Assembly (NCBI GenBank): GCA_963705705.1
Contig: CAVPKK010000004.1
Coordinates: 64,001-128,000, forward strand
DNA: 64,000 bases
Reading direction: 5' to 3'
Source of the DNA: an uncultured bacterium
Lineage (GTDB): Bacteria > Babelota > Babeliae > Babelales > JABCYS01
Translations under genes and position numbers: made by a program
Shown: piece after piece, positions 29,334-39,501 of the stretch
How the letters are laid out: each line of letters begins with the position of its first letter
How positions within the stretch are numbered: position 1 is the stretch's first letter
The notes under the pieces: model-generated
Databases searched by the model: none
What the model was told of the DNA's origin: nothing
Seen by the model: the letters and a program-made list of their open reading frames with translations, nothing else

Positions 29334-30527
29334 ATGTTCGAAATACTTAATGGTCTGGCATTTAAACTGATAAGCGTCAGTAAATCCCTTTGGACGCCGC
29401 TACTATATGCGTTGATTGTGCCCGCATTCCAGCAATTACCGGAACCGAGCGGACCATATGCCATCGGTTCTTTTGCAAGCCAGCATACTGATCTTTCGCG
29501 AACAAATATGCCGTTTGATGAGCAATCACGTACACTCATGGTTCATTGGTGGTTTCCCATTCATGATCCCGCAAAAAGCAGTAAACCAGCTACCTATATG
29601 AGTACGAATGTACAGCTATTTGAGGGCATGCTCGCAAAAGAGTTCCATATGTCCAAAAAATTTGTACATGATCTATTACAAGTCAATACACATAGTTACA
29701 AATCACCGCCGCCACAGGATTACAACAAGCCGCTACCGGTTATCCTTATTTCTCATGGTCTTGGTGGTTTTGGTGAATCGCAAACATATATTGCCGAAAA
29801 TCTTGCCAGCCGCGGCTATATTGTTGCTGGGATTGACCACACTAATTTTTCTACCGTTAGCACCTTTCCCGATGGAACAGTTGTTTGGCACAATGCGCAA
29901 TTAACGTCACCTGCATATAAAACAACAGATGACCTCCTGGCATTCTATGCAAGCATGTTCACTATTCCGGAACAGGATATTATTTTTGTGTTGAATGAAT
30001 TAGCTCGTATGAATGCAGACACACAAAGCGTGTGGCATCAAAAGCTTGACCTGAATAATATTGGGTTAATTGGACATTCTATGGGCGGTATGGCCGGTAC
30101 CGAGGCTGCACGAAATGATTCACGCATTAAAGCATTGGTTAACCTTGATGGTTGGCTGCCCGGATTTAATAGCACTGCTTCATTAAATATCCCATTGTTA
30201 TTTCTTCGGGCTGATAAAAGCAAAAATAACTTAATGCTCGGTACCGATATCTTTGAAAATTTTACCGCTAAGCAACTCAACAAATTGTACGATCAAACCA
30301 CAAATGAAATCAATCAGTTCTGCAAAAATAATCGCTATGCGCAGGTATTAGTAGCACGCGGCGCATCGCATTTAGCCTTCTGCGATTTTCTTCTTATTAA
30401 ATGGCCATTTACTGAATGGGTACCGAGTAGAACGGCAAGTTGGCTCCGTCAGGAAAATCCGTACCCTATTATCCGTGAAGTAAATACTAACATCAGAACA
30501 TTCTTTGATAGATACTTAGGAAATTAA
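29334..30527 (+). CDS. PAF-acetylhydrolase-like alpha/beta hydrolase
   Basis: LPEPSGPYAIG, ISHGLGG, LASRGYIV..IDH, GHSMGG, NLDGW, H..F.D. Confidence 0.88.
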   Translation: MFEILNGLAFKLISVSKSLWTPLLYALIVPAFQQLPEPSGPYAIGSFASQHTDLSRTNMPFDEQSRTLMVHWWFPIHDPAKSSKPATYMSTNVQLFEGMLAKEFHMSKKFVHDLLQVNTHSYKSPPPQDYNKPLPVILISHGLGGFGESQTYIAENLASRGYIVAGIDHTNFSTVSTFPDGTVVWHNAQLTSPAYKTTDDLLAFYASMFTIPEQDIIFVLNELARMNADTQSVWHQKLDLNNIGLIGHSMGGMAGTEAARNDSRIKALVNLDGWLPGFNSTASLNIPLLFLRADKSKNNLMLGTDIFENFTAKQLNKLYDQTTNEINQFCKNNRYAQVLVARGASHLAFCDFLLIKWPFTEWVPSRTASWLRQENPYPIIREVNTNIRTFFDRYLGN

Positions 30528-31228
30528 TGGAAGAAAAACCTACGTCATATCGCAATCGACTTATAATACTCGGGCTCTTTATTTTGGGCGTTTTCATTCT
30601 GTATCAAATGGATGTGGCCAGCTATATCTCGGCTGATTATTTGCAGGAAAACATTGATGCCATTAAGGCATTTATCGATCGGAACTACTGCTTATCTGCG
30701 GTATGTTATATAGGTCTTTTATCATTAGTGATCGCTTGCTCGATCCCTTTGGGCATTTTATTACCAATTTTCGGCGGCTTTTTGTTTGGTTGGCTGCCGG
30801 GGCTTTTATACTCCGTAGCAGCGGCTACAATTGGTGGCACAACTGCCTTTCTTATCTCCCGGTATCTCATCGGGGAATATTTTCAGAAAAAATTTGGCCC
30901 GCGACTTGAGAAGTTTAATAACGAACTGGATCAATATGGATACCTTTATTTACTTGGATTACATTTTTTTCCCGTCACCCCTTTCTTTGTACTGAATATA
31001 CTTTCGGGCCTGACCCGCATTCCAATCGTTACTTTTCTTTGGACCACGGTTGTTGGCGTTGCACCTGCTTTTGCCATCTATAGCTATTTGGGCAACCAAC
31101 TTACGACTTTGACCGAATTCAAATCTACTCTTTCTCTAAAAATCGTTATTGCTTTCGTAGCTCTCAAGATTCTTTCTGTTACTACCCTGCTTATCGGCCG
31201 CTTTGGGAAAAAGTTAGTTAAAAAATAA
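30527..31228 (+). CDS. TVP38/TMEM64 (DedA/VTT) family membrane protein
   Basis: GGFLFGW..G......ATIG...AFLISRY; P..PFF..N. Confidence 0.9.
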   Translation: MEEKPTSYRNRLIILGLFILGVFILYQMDVASYISADYLQENIDAIKAFIDRNYCLSAVCYIGLLSLVIACSIPLGILLPIFGGFLFGWLPGLLYSVAAATIGGTTAFLISRYLIGEYFQKKFGPRLEKFNNELDQYGYLYLLGLHFFPVTPFFVLNILSGLTRIPIVTFLWTTVVGVAPAFAIYSYLGNQLTTLTEFKSTLSLKIVIAFVALKILSVTTLLIGRFGKKLVKK

Positions 31229-31295
31229 GCCCCACTTGTAACAGTGAGGCCTAATATTAAGTTAAAAATTTATTTTTTGAGTCTAGTTTATTGGT

Positions 31296-31937
31296 TTAAT
31301 CAAGACCGCCGAGAACCGGAACTTGCGGGTTCACCACAATATCAACTCCCTGCATTGACGGGCCTGTTGCCGGTGCCACTGGGGCTGGCATTGCTGCTGG
31401 CGTTGCCGGTGTGATTGCTGCCGGAGCTGCAAGTGTCGGCCCTACTGGAACTGTGAGATTTAAACCTGTTGATGCCGTTCCAGCAGCAGGTGTGTTAAAT
31501 ATAACAGACGCTCCGGGTGTCATTGGGGCCGGTGCTGCCGCTGGCATAGGTGCTTGAGCTGCAACTGCTTGTAATGCTGCTGTAGCTTCCGGGGTCAATC
31601 CTGGTTGTTGCAATACTTGAGCAGCGCGTGCTGGCCCAATAAGTTGCGCTGTTTGCATAGGCGCCGAATTTACTGGATCTACCAAGCCTGCAATATTATT
31701 TGCTTTTAGCGCGGTTTGAGCTTCCATTTTAGTTTGAGCTAGCGCAGCATGGGAGAGCTTATTAGTAGCCATCGGTGCTACATTTTTTTTATTCATCTTA
31801 GCCATACCGCCCATTTTTTGTTGCTGTTTATGCGTTGGCTGGTTGTGAGCTGAATGGCCGCCCCCTTTTGCAGCATTAAGCAGTGCAACTGGCAGAAGCA
31901 TGCCTAAAACTAGGAATGCAATTTTTTGTCTGATCAT
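31296..31937 (-). CDS. Exported Ala/Pro-rich low-complexity protein
   Basis: AAGGAG SD, signal peptide, AAPAPM-type repeats. Confidence 0.7.
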   Translation of the reverse strand: MIRQKIAFLVLGMLLPVALLNAAKGGGHSAHNQPTHKQQQKMGGMAKMNKKNVAPMATNKLSHAALAQTKMEAQTALKANNIAGLVDPVNSAPMQTAQLIGPARAAQVLQQPGLTPEATAALQAVAAQAPMPAAAPAPMTPGASVIFNTPAAGTASTGLNLTVPVGPTLAAPAAITPATPAAMPAPVAPATGPSMQGVDIVVNPQVPVLGGLD

Positions 31938-32365
31938 GAGATCTCCTTTTTTTGTTATTTTGAATATATGGGACAGCAATTGTCCTTTTGTGATCTCAGT
32001 TTAGCCGCAGGCAACCCCTAAAAGTCAATAGTTTGGCTCTTGGATAAAAATCGTCTTTGCCTTTGTAGCTCCAGGATGCTCTCTATTACCATCCTATCTA
32101 TTGATCGATTGGAAAAAAGTTAGTTAAAAAATAAATGCCCCTTGCTTCTATTTATGTAACCAATAGGCAATATTTCATTTATTTCCAAATATTTCAGACT
32201 GTGTGACTCTCAAGCGCCCGCAAGTGAGATTATAGGCTTTTGAACGCACTAATTTGTAACACTACATTATCGTCAACAACCCCAAAACTATTGACAGCCA
32301 TGAAATGTCATATGGTATGATGGGAACGTAAAATAGTTGTAACATCTAAAAAAGGAGAGTTGCAT

Positions 32366-33109
32366 ATGAACAGCAACCATGAAAAACATAGCCACGTAGC
32401 TATTATCGGTATCATTGCATTAGTTTGTATTGTCGGTGTAGTCCTTGGCTCATTTTATTATTATAAACATCATGAGCCGGTTGAGCGTCAAGCAATGGCA
32501 TATGGCCCTGCAGAACAGCCAGAAATGGAACAGCCTATGACGGCTGAACAGCCAGTTATGACGCGCTACGTTGAACACCCTACACGACCAGTAGAACATA
32601 AAGTTACTCGCGTTGTTGAGTATCACGAACCACAAGAATATGCTGCACCTCGACGTGAGCGACCTCGTGAACGCCGTCCAGTCAATCTTTCATTCAATCT
32701 TGGATTCCAAAAAACAGTAACTCCTGCTCCGCGTGGCGAATGGTGCATATATGAAGAAAATGGGAATGAAAGCTGCCGACCGTGCCCTCGTCGTGGAGCG
32801 CAAAATATGCGACGTTGTAATCCGCCAGCACGTGGTGGTTGGACAAGTAATCATGATCGCGTCGCTAGATTGATGAATCAGTTTGCAAATCAGGTTCTTG
32901 ATCGAAACAATCACGCAGCATCAAATATATTAGAACGAGCAAAGCATGCCGTTCGAGATATGCGTAATTCAGGTGAAAACTTGCAAGCAACCAACCGAAA
33001 CGGAGCTACCTTGTATTCAATCGTACAAGAAGTGCTCGTTTCAATAGCAGGCAGACTTCCAGCTAACCTGCAAAATAGCTTGAATGAATTGAATAGCTTG
33101 TTGCGATAA
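32366..33109 (+). CDS. Membrane-anchored hypothetical protein
   Basis: AAGGAG SD, one TM, EQP repeats, 4-Cys module. Confidence 0.75.
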   Translation: MNSNHEKHSHVAIIGIIALVCIVGVVLGSFYYYKHHEPVERQAMAYGPAEQPEMEQPMTAEQPVMTRYVEHPTRPVEHKVTRVVEYHEPQEYAAPRRERPRERRPVNLSFNLGFQKTVTPAPRGEWCIYEENGNESCRPCPRRGAQNMRRCNPPARGGWTSNHDRVARLMNQFANQVLDRNNHAASNILERAKHAVRDMRNSGENLQATNRNGATLYSIVQEVLVSIAGRLPANLQNSLNELNSLLR

Positions 33110-33197
33110 GACCTGCTACATTTTAATATCCAAGGGCCCGGTAGTAATTCTCCGGGCTTTTGAATATCAATAAACAAAGCCAGTAAGGTAGAGCTTT

Positions 33198-33752
33198 ATG
33201 CCATGCAATTTAAAAAATAAAAAAGTTCTTTTAGTTGTAGCATCAACTGATTACCAGCCCGTTGAATATAGCGTTCCTAAAAAAATGCTTGAAGATGAGG
33301 GCATAGTTGTTATTACCGCCAGCGATAAACCGGGCGCTGCAATAGCAAATGATGGTAGCTCGACCAACATAGATATTACGCTTGATAAAATAAATATAAC
33401 GAATTACGCCGGTATCTTTTTCATTGGCGGCCCCGGTGCTGAAACACATCTAGACAACGGCATTAGCTATCATTTACTATCAGAAGCAAGAAAACATCTC
33501 ATACCGTATGGTGCAATTTGCTGGTCCGTACGAATTTTGGCAAAAGCTTGGGCTTTACAAGGCAAAAAGGCAACGGGATGGGATGGAGATAATGCATTGC
33601 GTAGCATACTCGAAGGGCATGATGCCATGTATGAGGAAGGCAAAATGGTCGTCACTGATGGCGAAGTAGCAACAGCGGTTGGCCCGCAGGCCGCAAAAGA
33701 ATTTGGACAAGCTATCATTCGGATACTGTGCAAAGAAGTCTTGTCAGATTAA
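33198..33752 (+). CDS. DJ-1/PfpI family protein
   Basis: DYQPVEY, FIGGPG, GAICW nucleophile, VVTDG. Confidence 0.9.
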   Translation: MPCNLKNKKVLLVVASTDYQPVEYSVPKKMLEDEGIVVITASDKPGAAIANDGSSTNIDITLDKINITNYAGIFFIGGPGAETHLDNGISYHLLSEARKHLIPYGAICWSVRILAKAWALQGKKATGWDGDNALRSILEGHDAMYEEGKMVVTDGEVATAVGPQAAKEFGQAIIRILCKEVLSD

Positions 33753-33758
33753 CGCAGT

Positions 33759-34223
33759 TCAATACGATTTAACGTTCTCTAAGTCCAACAACCATTGTTT
33801 TGTTGTCAGCCCTTCACCTGCAGAATAGCCTTTCAAGGAACCATCAGAACTTATGATCCGATGGCAAGGGATCACAAGCGGCATTGGATTAGTTGCATTT
33901 GCTCTACCAATAGCACGCGCGGCTTGTGGTTTGCCAATAGCTTTGGCGATATCTTTATAGGCAGCAGTTTTGCCGTAGGGAACTTTGTATACCTTCGTTA
34001 ATACTTTTTGCTGAAATGAGCTGAGTACCTGCCAATCAATTGGCAGATCAAATAAGATTCTTTTTTGGGCAAGGAATTCGCCAATTTGTTTGAGATATGG
34101 CTCAGTTATTTTTTGATCAAGCTTGCCATCAATTTTTTTGCCTATGCTCACTCGAACAAGGCCTTTTTCACTTACACCAATCCAGATTGGGCCCAATTCC
34201 GTGTTAATAGTTCCAACATACAT
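33759..34223 (-). CDS. ogt: Methylated-DNA--protein-cysteine methyltransferase
   Basis: VPYGKT.AY, AARAIG.AN..NP..LVIPCHRII. Confidence 0.93.
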   Translation of the reverse strand: MYVGTINTELGPIWIGVSEKGLVRVSIGKKIDGKLDQKITEPYLKQIGEFLAQKRILFDLPIDWQVLSSFQQKVLTKVYKVPYGKTAAYKDIAKAIGKPQAARAIGRANATNPMPLVIPCHRIISSDGSLKGYSAGEGLTTKQWLLDLENVKSY

Positions 34224-34338
34224 AAATTACACTCGCGATTGACTAAGATTACCGAATTGTATTATTGAGCTCTCTATTAAAGAGCATCACTATAATGATA
34301 GTAGTTGCCAAAATAAAAGCAGCATCAGAACAAAAAAA

Positions 34339-34365
34339 TAGGAGGAAACATTTAGTCTCCCCCTA
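34339..34365 (-). terminator. Terminator of beta-helix gene copy 1
   Basis: TAGGAGGA...TCCCCCTA stem with a U run on the minus strand; homologous stem at 36546-36572. Confidence 0.6.
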
Positions 34366-34383
34366 TGCGGTTAATATATTATT

Positions 34384-36093
34384 TTATGGATGTATAACGC
34401 TCACATTATCAAGCTGCGGATTTAAAATACCATTACTATCAGTCGCGCTTGGCGCTGATCCAATGGTCCACGTTAATATTGGCGTACCTGCTGGTAGCCC
34501 TGAATAATTGGCTGCAAAAGACGCAGGGGTTCCATTCTCGTATGCTAAGTTCTGGATATATACATTTGTGAGATTAAAGCTGAAATCTGCCACACCGCCG
34601 GCTGTATTAAATGATACTTCGTTAGCCTCAATGATTGTATTCCTAGCGCCAGATCCGAATGGTTGTGCGCCAATGAACATACCATAATTGTTATTTACCG
34701 ACTTACATCGTCGGATGTTATTATTAGAGGCTATAAGCCCAAAGAAATTTTCAACAAGAAAGCCAGTGCCCTGCGCGTTGGTCGCTTGAAAACCCACGGC
34801 TATACAATCTTCAATTGTAGAATTCGTAGTTCCTGCAAGAAAGAAACCTCCCACATCAAATGGACCATAACTAGCTGTTTTGCCAAAAGTAGCGGTGCAA
34901 TTTTGAATAAGCACATTGTTTGAACCAATTATGAAAAAACAATCTGGCTGACCATTAACATGGCAATCTTTCATAATGATATTACTACATGGCGCTAAAC
35001 CCAGAACGGTCCCAACAACTTCAAATCCATTATGGGATGATACACCGGGTGCACCAGGATCCACTACAAGATTATTTTGGGCTTGACAGTCTTCAAAAAC
35101 AAAATTGTTACAACCACCAACTAAAACAAATCCATCGCAGCGTCTCGTGCCACCGTTACTATAAGCAGAACAACCGATACACTGAGCTTGGTCACAGGAC
35201 ACAAAATCAAATCCAAATGCATCGCCTGTTACCGACCCGTTGAACGATGGCGTGAAAGCATGATTATCATGGGATTTGCAATCCTCACAAACAATATTTG
35301 AACATGCATCAATAAATACGCCACAACAGGTATTAACTCCAGTAGTCACTGGTCCAAAATACTCAATTTGATCAGTGATAGTTTGGTATAAAACAACGTC
35401 ATTACAATTTACCATTTGTATCCCGTATGTAGATAAATTAGATATGCTTGGGATATCGAGGAAAATGGTACGCACTTCAACATTGCTAACCACAATGTTA
35501 GATGACGTCGTTAAGTTTGAGAGCCCATTAATAAAAAGGCCATTGGCTGAAGTTTCTGTTACACCATCAATGCGTGATCCTCCTGCCGATTGTGGGATGC
35601 CAATCAATAGCATGTCACTTACATTCAGCGAGTTAAGATTATATTTACCCTTAATTTGTGAAGCTGAGAAGCCTTGTACTGTTCCGCCAGAAATCGAAAT
35701 GTTTTGGCAGCTTTCCGAAACAAGAATTCCGTAGTTATTTAATGTCGTAGAAGCTGGATCTTGAGCTAATACATGTCCATTGAAGTAAATATTTACATTC
35801 TGCACATTCGGCGCAATTGTTATTGCGGCAATGCCATTACCTGCCGGACTAAAAGTTAAATCACCATCAATGCAGTAATTACCTGGTGCATCAATTACAT
35901 ATCCCGAAGTCCCGATATCCTCTTGATCGATGGAAATGGAGGAACCACAGGCAAGTAATTTATCAAGGTCACTTTCGATCTCGCACAATATCTGCTTGGT
36001 GCATGCACGCTGACAATCCCGTGCCATCACATACGGCGATGTGAGCAAAATCCCTGCCCACAGCATAATCAGTTTTAACGTTGGGTTTGACAT
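34384..36093 (-). CDS. Exported right-handed parallel beta-helix (pectin lyase-like) protein, copy 1
   Basis: AGGAG SD, signal peptide, IDAPGNYCIDGDL, repeated N..I.DC.A..N turns. Confidence 0.85.
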   Translation of the reverse strand: MSNPTLKLIMLWAGILLTSPYVMARDCQRACTKQILCEIESDLDKLLACGSSISIDQEDIGTSGYVIDAPGNYCIDGDLTFSPAGNGIAAITIAPNVQNVNIYFNGHVLAQDPASTTLNNYGILVSESCQNISISGGTVQGFSASQIKGKYNLNSLNVSDMLLIGIPQSAGGSRIDGVTETSANGLFINGLSNLTTSSNIVVSNVEVRTIFLDIPSISNLSTYGIQMVNCNDVVLYQTITDQIEYFGPVTTGVNTCCGVFIDACSNIVCEDCKSHDNHAFTPSFNGSVTGDAFGFDFVSCDQAQCIGCSAYSNGGTRRCDGFVLVGGCNNFVFEDCQAQNNLVVDPGAPGVSSHNGFEVVGTVLGLAPCSNIIMKDCHVNGQPDCFFIIGSNNVLIQNCTATFGKTASYGPFDVGGFFLAGTTNSTIEDCIAVGFQATNAQGTGFLVENFFGLIASNNNIRRCKSVNNNYGMFIGAQPFGSGARNTIIEANEVSFNTAGGVADFSFNLTNVYIQNLAYENGTPASFAANYSGLPAGTPILTWTIGSAPSATDSNGILNPQLDNVSVIHP

Positions 36094-36290
36094 GAAAATA
36101 CTCCTTTTTGGAGGGTTAATGATAGATGGCTGCTGACACATTGCCAGCTCGCTCATTTCAGAAAATAAACGATTGATAGCACAGCAAAAAACGCCACTCA
36201 GAATGAGCAGCGCGAACTGATATTGGTAAAAAGACGTCAAAACAAATGCAGGATAAAGTTGTAGGTAGTATGAACCTACAAGCGAGAGAT

Positions 36291-36316
36291 TGTGTGTGTG
36301 TGTGTGTGTGTGTGTG
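36291..36316. repeat. (TG)13 microsatellite
   Basis: Direct count. Confidence 0.97.
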
Positions 36317-36412
36317 ATATCACATCACAGGCATTATGCAAGTTAATAATAGAAAAGGCATCTAATGGCATTACTTCTCTCACTTGTATGAAATCGGCTT
36401 CCATTTTTATTA

Positions 36413-36441
36413 TTAATAGCACGGCCGAATCTGAATGGCAA
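36413..36441 (-). promoter_or_regulatory. Putative sigma70 promoter, copy 1
   Basis: TTGCCA-17-TATTAA with TG extended -10; conserved in copy 2. Confidence 0.6.
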
Positions 36442-36497
36442 GCTTTAATGCTATTAGCGAAAGGTAGTGAATTGAGAAGAAAAAACCATGCAGAAAT

Positions 36498-36548
36498 TTT
36501 GGTCAAGCAATTATTCGTGTATTGTGCAAAGAAGAGTTGGAAGACTAG
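36498..36548 (+). pseudogene. Stranded 3' end of a DJ-1/PfpI allele
   Basis: FGQAIIRVLCKEELED* versus FGQAIIRILCKEVLSD* (33702-33752). Confidence 0.85.
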
Positions 36549-36588
36549 GAGGAGATATTTAGTCTCCTCCTAATCGATAAATATTATT

Positions 36589-38259
36589 TTAGAATGTAAA
36601 TATAATACTCATATTATCTAGCTGTGGATCTAAAATACCATTATTATCTTTTGCAGTCGGCGCTGATCCAATTGACCACGTTCTTATTGGCGTACCTGCT
36701 GGTAGCCCTGAATAATTGGCTGCAAAAGAATCCGGTCCATTCCCATACGCTATATTCTGGAAATATGCTTGCGTTTTATTAAGGCCATCGGAATTGTCAA
36801 AAAAACCGTTGGCCGTGTTAAATGCCGCTTCGTTAGCCTGGACGACAGTAAACCCAACCAAGGAAAGTTTTATGCCAATATTGTTATTCATCGCCTTACA
36901 TCGTCGGATGTTATTGTTAAAGCTAGGGGTACCGTTGAACGCGTCAAGAAGAAAGCCACAGTCTCCATTGTGAGCTTCGAAACCTACGGCTATACAATCT
37001 TCAATTGTACAACCATTACCTTGAAACAACGCAAAACCAAACTGCTGAGAAGTAAAAGTAAATATATCTTCTGCAGTAGCTGTGCAGTTTTGAATAAGCA
37101 CATTTTTTGCACCAACTACAGCAAAACAATTTGGCTGACCATTAACATGGCAGTCTTTAATAACAACATTTTCAGTAGTCGGCCAGCCGCCAACCGTAAC
37201 AACTTCAAATCCATAATGAGATGCTACACCGGCGGCAGTAGGATCCACTACAACATTACCTTGGGCTTGACAGCCTTCCAAAACACAAGAAGAAGTACCT
37301 CTCTCTACAACAAAACCATCACAGCGTCTCGTGCCACCATTATTATAGGCTGAACACCCAATACATTGAACGTTTTCGCTAGCATATTGAAAACTAAATC
37401 CAAAGGCATCTCCTGTTACTAAACCGTTGAACGGAGTCGTGAAAGCATGGTTATCATGGGATTGGCAATCCTCAACAACAATATTTGTACAGCCGAAAAA
37501 TATTGTGCCAGCACAGTTTGAGTCAGTAGTATTAGTCACCAGTCCAAAATTTTCGATGTTATTGGTGCTGGTTTGGTGTAAAAATATATCACGACAATTT
37601 TCCATTTGTATCCCAAACGCAAATAAACCAGGTATGTTTTGGATATTGAGGAAAATAGTATTTATTTCAACATTGCTGAGCACAACGTTAACGGAAGACT
37701 GAAGATTTATGCCAATCGCGGATTCGTGTGCCGCATCAATACGAGCTCCACCTCCCGATTGTGGGATGCCTTGCAAAAGCATGTCGCTTAAATTAAATGT
37801 ATTGATAGTTTGGGCCAAAATTTGTGTGCCCGAGAAACCTTGTATTGTTCCGCCAGAAATCGAAATATTTTGACTGGGACCGTCAATGGTAATTCCAAAG
37901 TTATTTAATGTGGTGGAGGCTGGGTCTTGAGCTAGTACGTGACCATTGAAATAAATATTTACATTATTCACATTCGGGGCAATTGTTATCGCTACAACGC
38001 CATTGCCTGCAGGATCGAATGTTATATCTTCAGCTATGCAGTAATTCCCTGGCTCGGTAATAGTAAAGCCCGTAGTTCCTAAATCTGCTTGGGTGATAGG
38101 CGTGGAAGCGCCACAAGCAAGTAACTTATCAAGATCATTTTCGATCTCGCACAATATCTGCTTGGTGCATGCACGCTGGCAATCCTGTGCCATCATATAC
38201 GGCGATGTGAGCAAAATCCCTGCCCACAGCATAACGAGTTTTAACGTTGGGTTTGACAT
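36589..38259 (-). CDS. Exported right-handed parallel beta-helix protein, copy 2
   Basis: Paralogue of 34384..36093 with near-identical N- and C-termini. Confidence 0.85.
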   Translation of the reverse strand: MSNPTLKLVMLWAGILLTSPYMMAQDCQRACTKQILCEIENDLDKLLACGASTPITQADLGTTGFTITEPGNYCIAEDITFDPAGNGVVAITIAPNVNNVNIYFNGHVLAQDPASTTLNNFGITIDGPSQNISISGGTIQGFSGTQILAQTINTFNLSDMLLQGIPQSGGGARIDAAHESAIGINLQSSVNVVLSNVEINTIFLNIQNIPGLFAFGIQMENCRDIFLHQTSTNNIENFGLVTNTTDSNCAGTIFFGCTNIVVEDCQSHDNHAFTTPFNGLVTGDAFGFSFQYASENVQCIGCSAYNNGGTRRCDGFVVERGTSSCVLEGCQAQGNVVVDPTAAGVASHYGFEVVTVGGWPTTENVVIKDCHVNGQPNCFAVVGAKNVLIQNCTATAEDIFTFTSQQFGFALFQGNGCTIEDCIAVGFEAHNGDCGFLLDAFNGTPSFNNNIRRCKAMNNNIGIKLSLVGFTVVQANEAAFNTANGFFDNSDGLNKTQAYFQNIAYGNGPDSFAANYSGLPAGTPIRTWSIGSAPTAKDNNGILDPQLDNMSIIFTF

Positions 38260-38446
38260 GAAATACTCCTTTTTGGAGGGTTAATGATAGATGGCTGCTG
38301 ACACATTGCCAGCTCGCTCATTTCAGTAAACAAACGATTGATAGCACAACAAAAAACGCCACTCAGAATGAGCAGCGCGAACTGGGAAAATGAGGTCAAA
38401 ATAAATGCAGGATAAGATTGTAGGGATGAACCTACAAGCGAGAGAT

Positions 38447-38470
38447 TGTGTGTGTGTGTGTGTGTGTGTG
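38447..38470. repeat. (TG)12 microsatellite
   Basis: Direct count. Confidence 0.97.
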
Positions 38471-38566
38471 ATATCACATCACAGGCATTATGCAAGTTAA
38501 TAATAGAAAAGGCATTTAATAGCATTACTTCTCTCACTTGGATGAAATCGGTTTCCATTTTTATTA

Positions 38567-38595
38567 TTAATAGCATGGCCGAATCTGAATGACAA
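38567..38595 (-). promoter_or_regulatory. Putative sigma70 promoter, copy 2
   Basis: TTGTCA-17-TATTAA with TG extended -10. Confidence 0.6.
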
Positions 38596-38700
38596 GTTTT
38601 AATGCTATTAGCCCGAAAGGTAGTGAATCGAGAGGAAAAAAACCATGCAGAAATTTTAGCCAGCCCTATGGCACGAGATGCCTTGGGTTGGTTGATTGCC

Positions 38701-39501
38701 CTAGATGCGAGACTGAATAAGACTGCCAGATTCGTATTTACTCAATCCTTTATTGAATAAAGTAATGCCGAGCAATCCGGTGAAAACCCAGAATAGTATA
38801 AGAATACCAAATTTTGGTGCCGACCATTCGTTAACTAATTGGGTGGGTAATGCGGCGGTGAAATAAACGGGAAAAACCCAGATCATTAAAAAACGCAGCA
38901 GGCCGTGATAAATATTGGTTGGATAAAATTGCAGACTATATAACGCACTTTGCATTTTATCTGCTGCAGTTTCAAAATTACCTACGAAGAAACCAAGTGA
39001 TTGCACAATAAGGATAAAGTTAAACATTATCAATCCTGAAACTAACGCCATGGATAGAAACATAGCAAATCGTGCGGGTGTAAAATCACCGAACAGGTAA
39101 AAGTTCAAAATACAAACGATTGCTGAGCCAAAGGCATAGTTATACGTTTTGGTAACAGCAATTTGCCAAATGAGGTTGTGCGGCATTAATAAATAAACAT
39201 CCAGCTGACCATTGGCGATCATTTTTGCCAATCCATGGATACCGCCAGCGAGTAAGCCAACCATAGCATCGCCCAGCCAGGCAATACCAATAAGAGTCGC
39301 TGAATCACGAATGGTCCACCCTTCAACCGAAGGTACTTTAGTAAAGAATAACACCCAGAGGTAAAGAAATGAGGCATGAATGCCAATGGAGAAAATCACC
39401 TCAAGCATAAAGCTCAGACGATATTCCATCTGTGCCATGAGATTTACTTTTTTGATCTCGAGGGTCAGATGTATGTATTTAGCCACCGCTGATAGAGACA
39501 C
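38701..39501 (-). CDS. ABC-2 family permease (DUF990-type)
   Basis: AQMEYRLSF, GWT, I.NGQLDVYLL.P. Confidence 0.88.
   Translation of the reverse strand: MSLSAVAKYIHLTLEIKKVNLMAQMEYRLSFMLEVIFSIGIHASFLYLWVLFFTKVPSVEGWTIRDSATLIGIAWLGDAMVGLLAGGIHGLAKMIANGQLDVYLLMPHNLIWQIAVTKTYNYAFGSAIVCILNFYLFGDFTPARFAMFLSMALVSGLIMFNFILIVQSLGFFVGNFETAADKMQSALYSLQFYPTNIYHGLLRFLMIWVFPVYFTAALPTQLVNEWSAPKFGILILFWVFTGLLGITLFNKGLSKYESGSLIQSRI

Noticed and set aside
36292..36573. Plus-strand CVCVCV ORF through the TG tract
   Set aside because: The homologous frame in copy 2 has nonsynonymous changes and a premature stop
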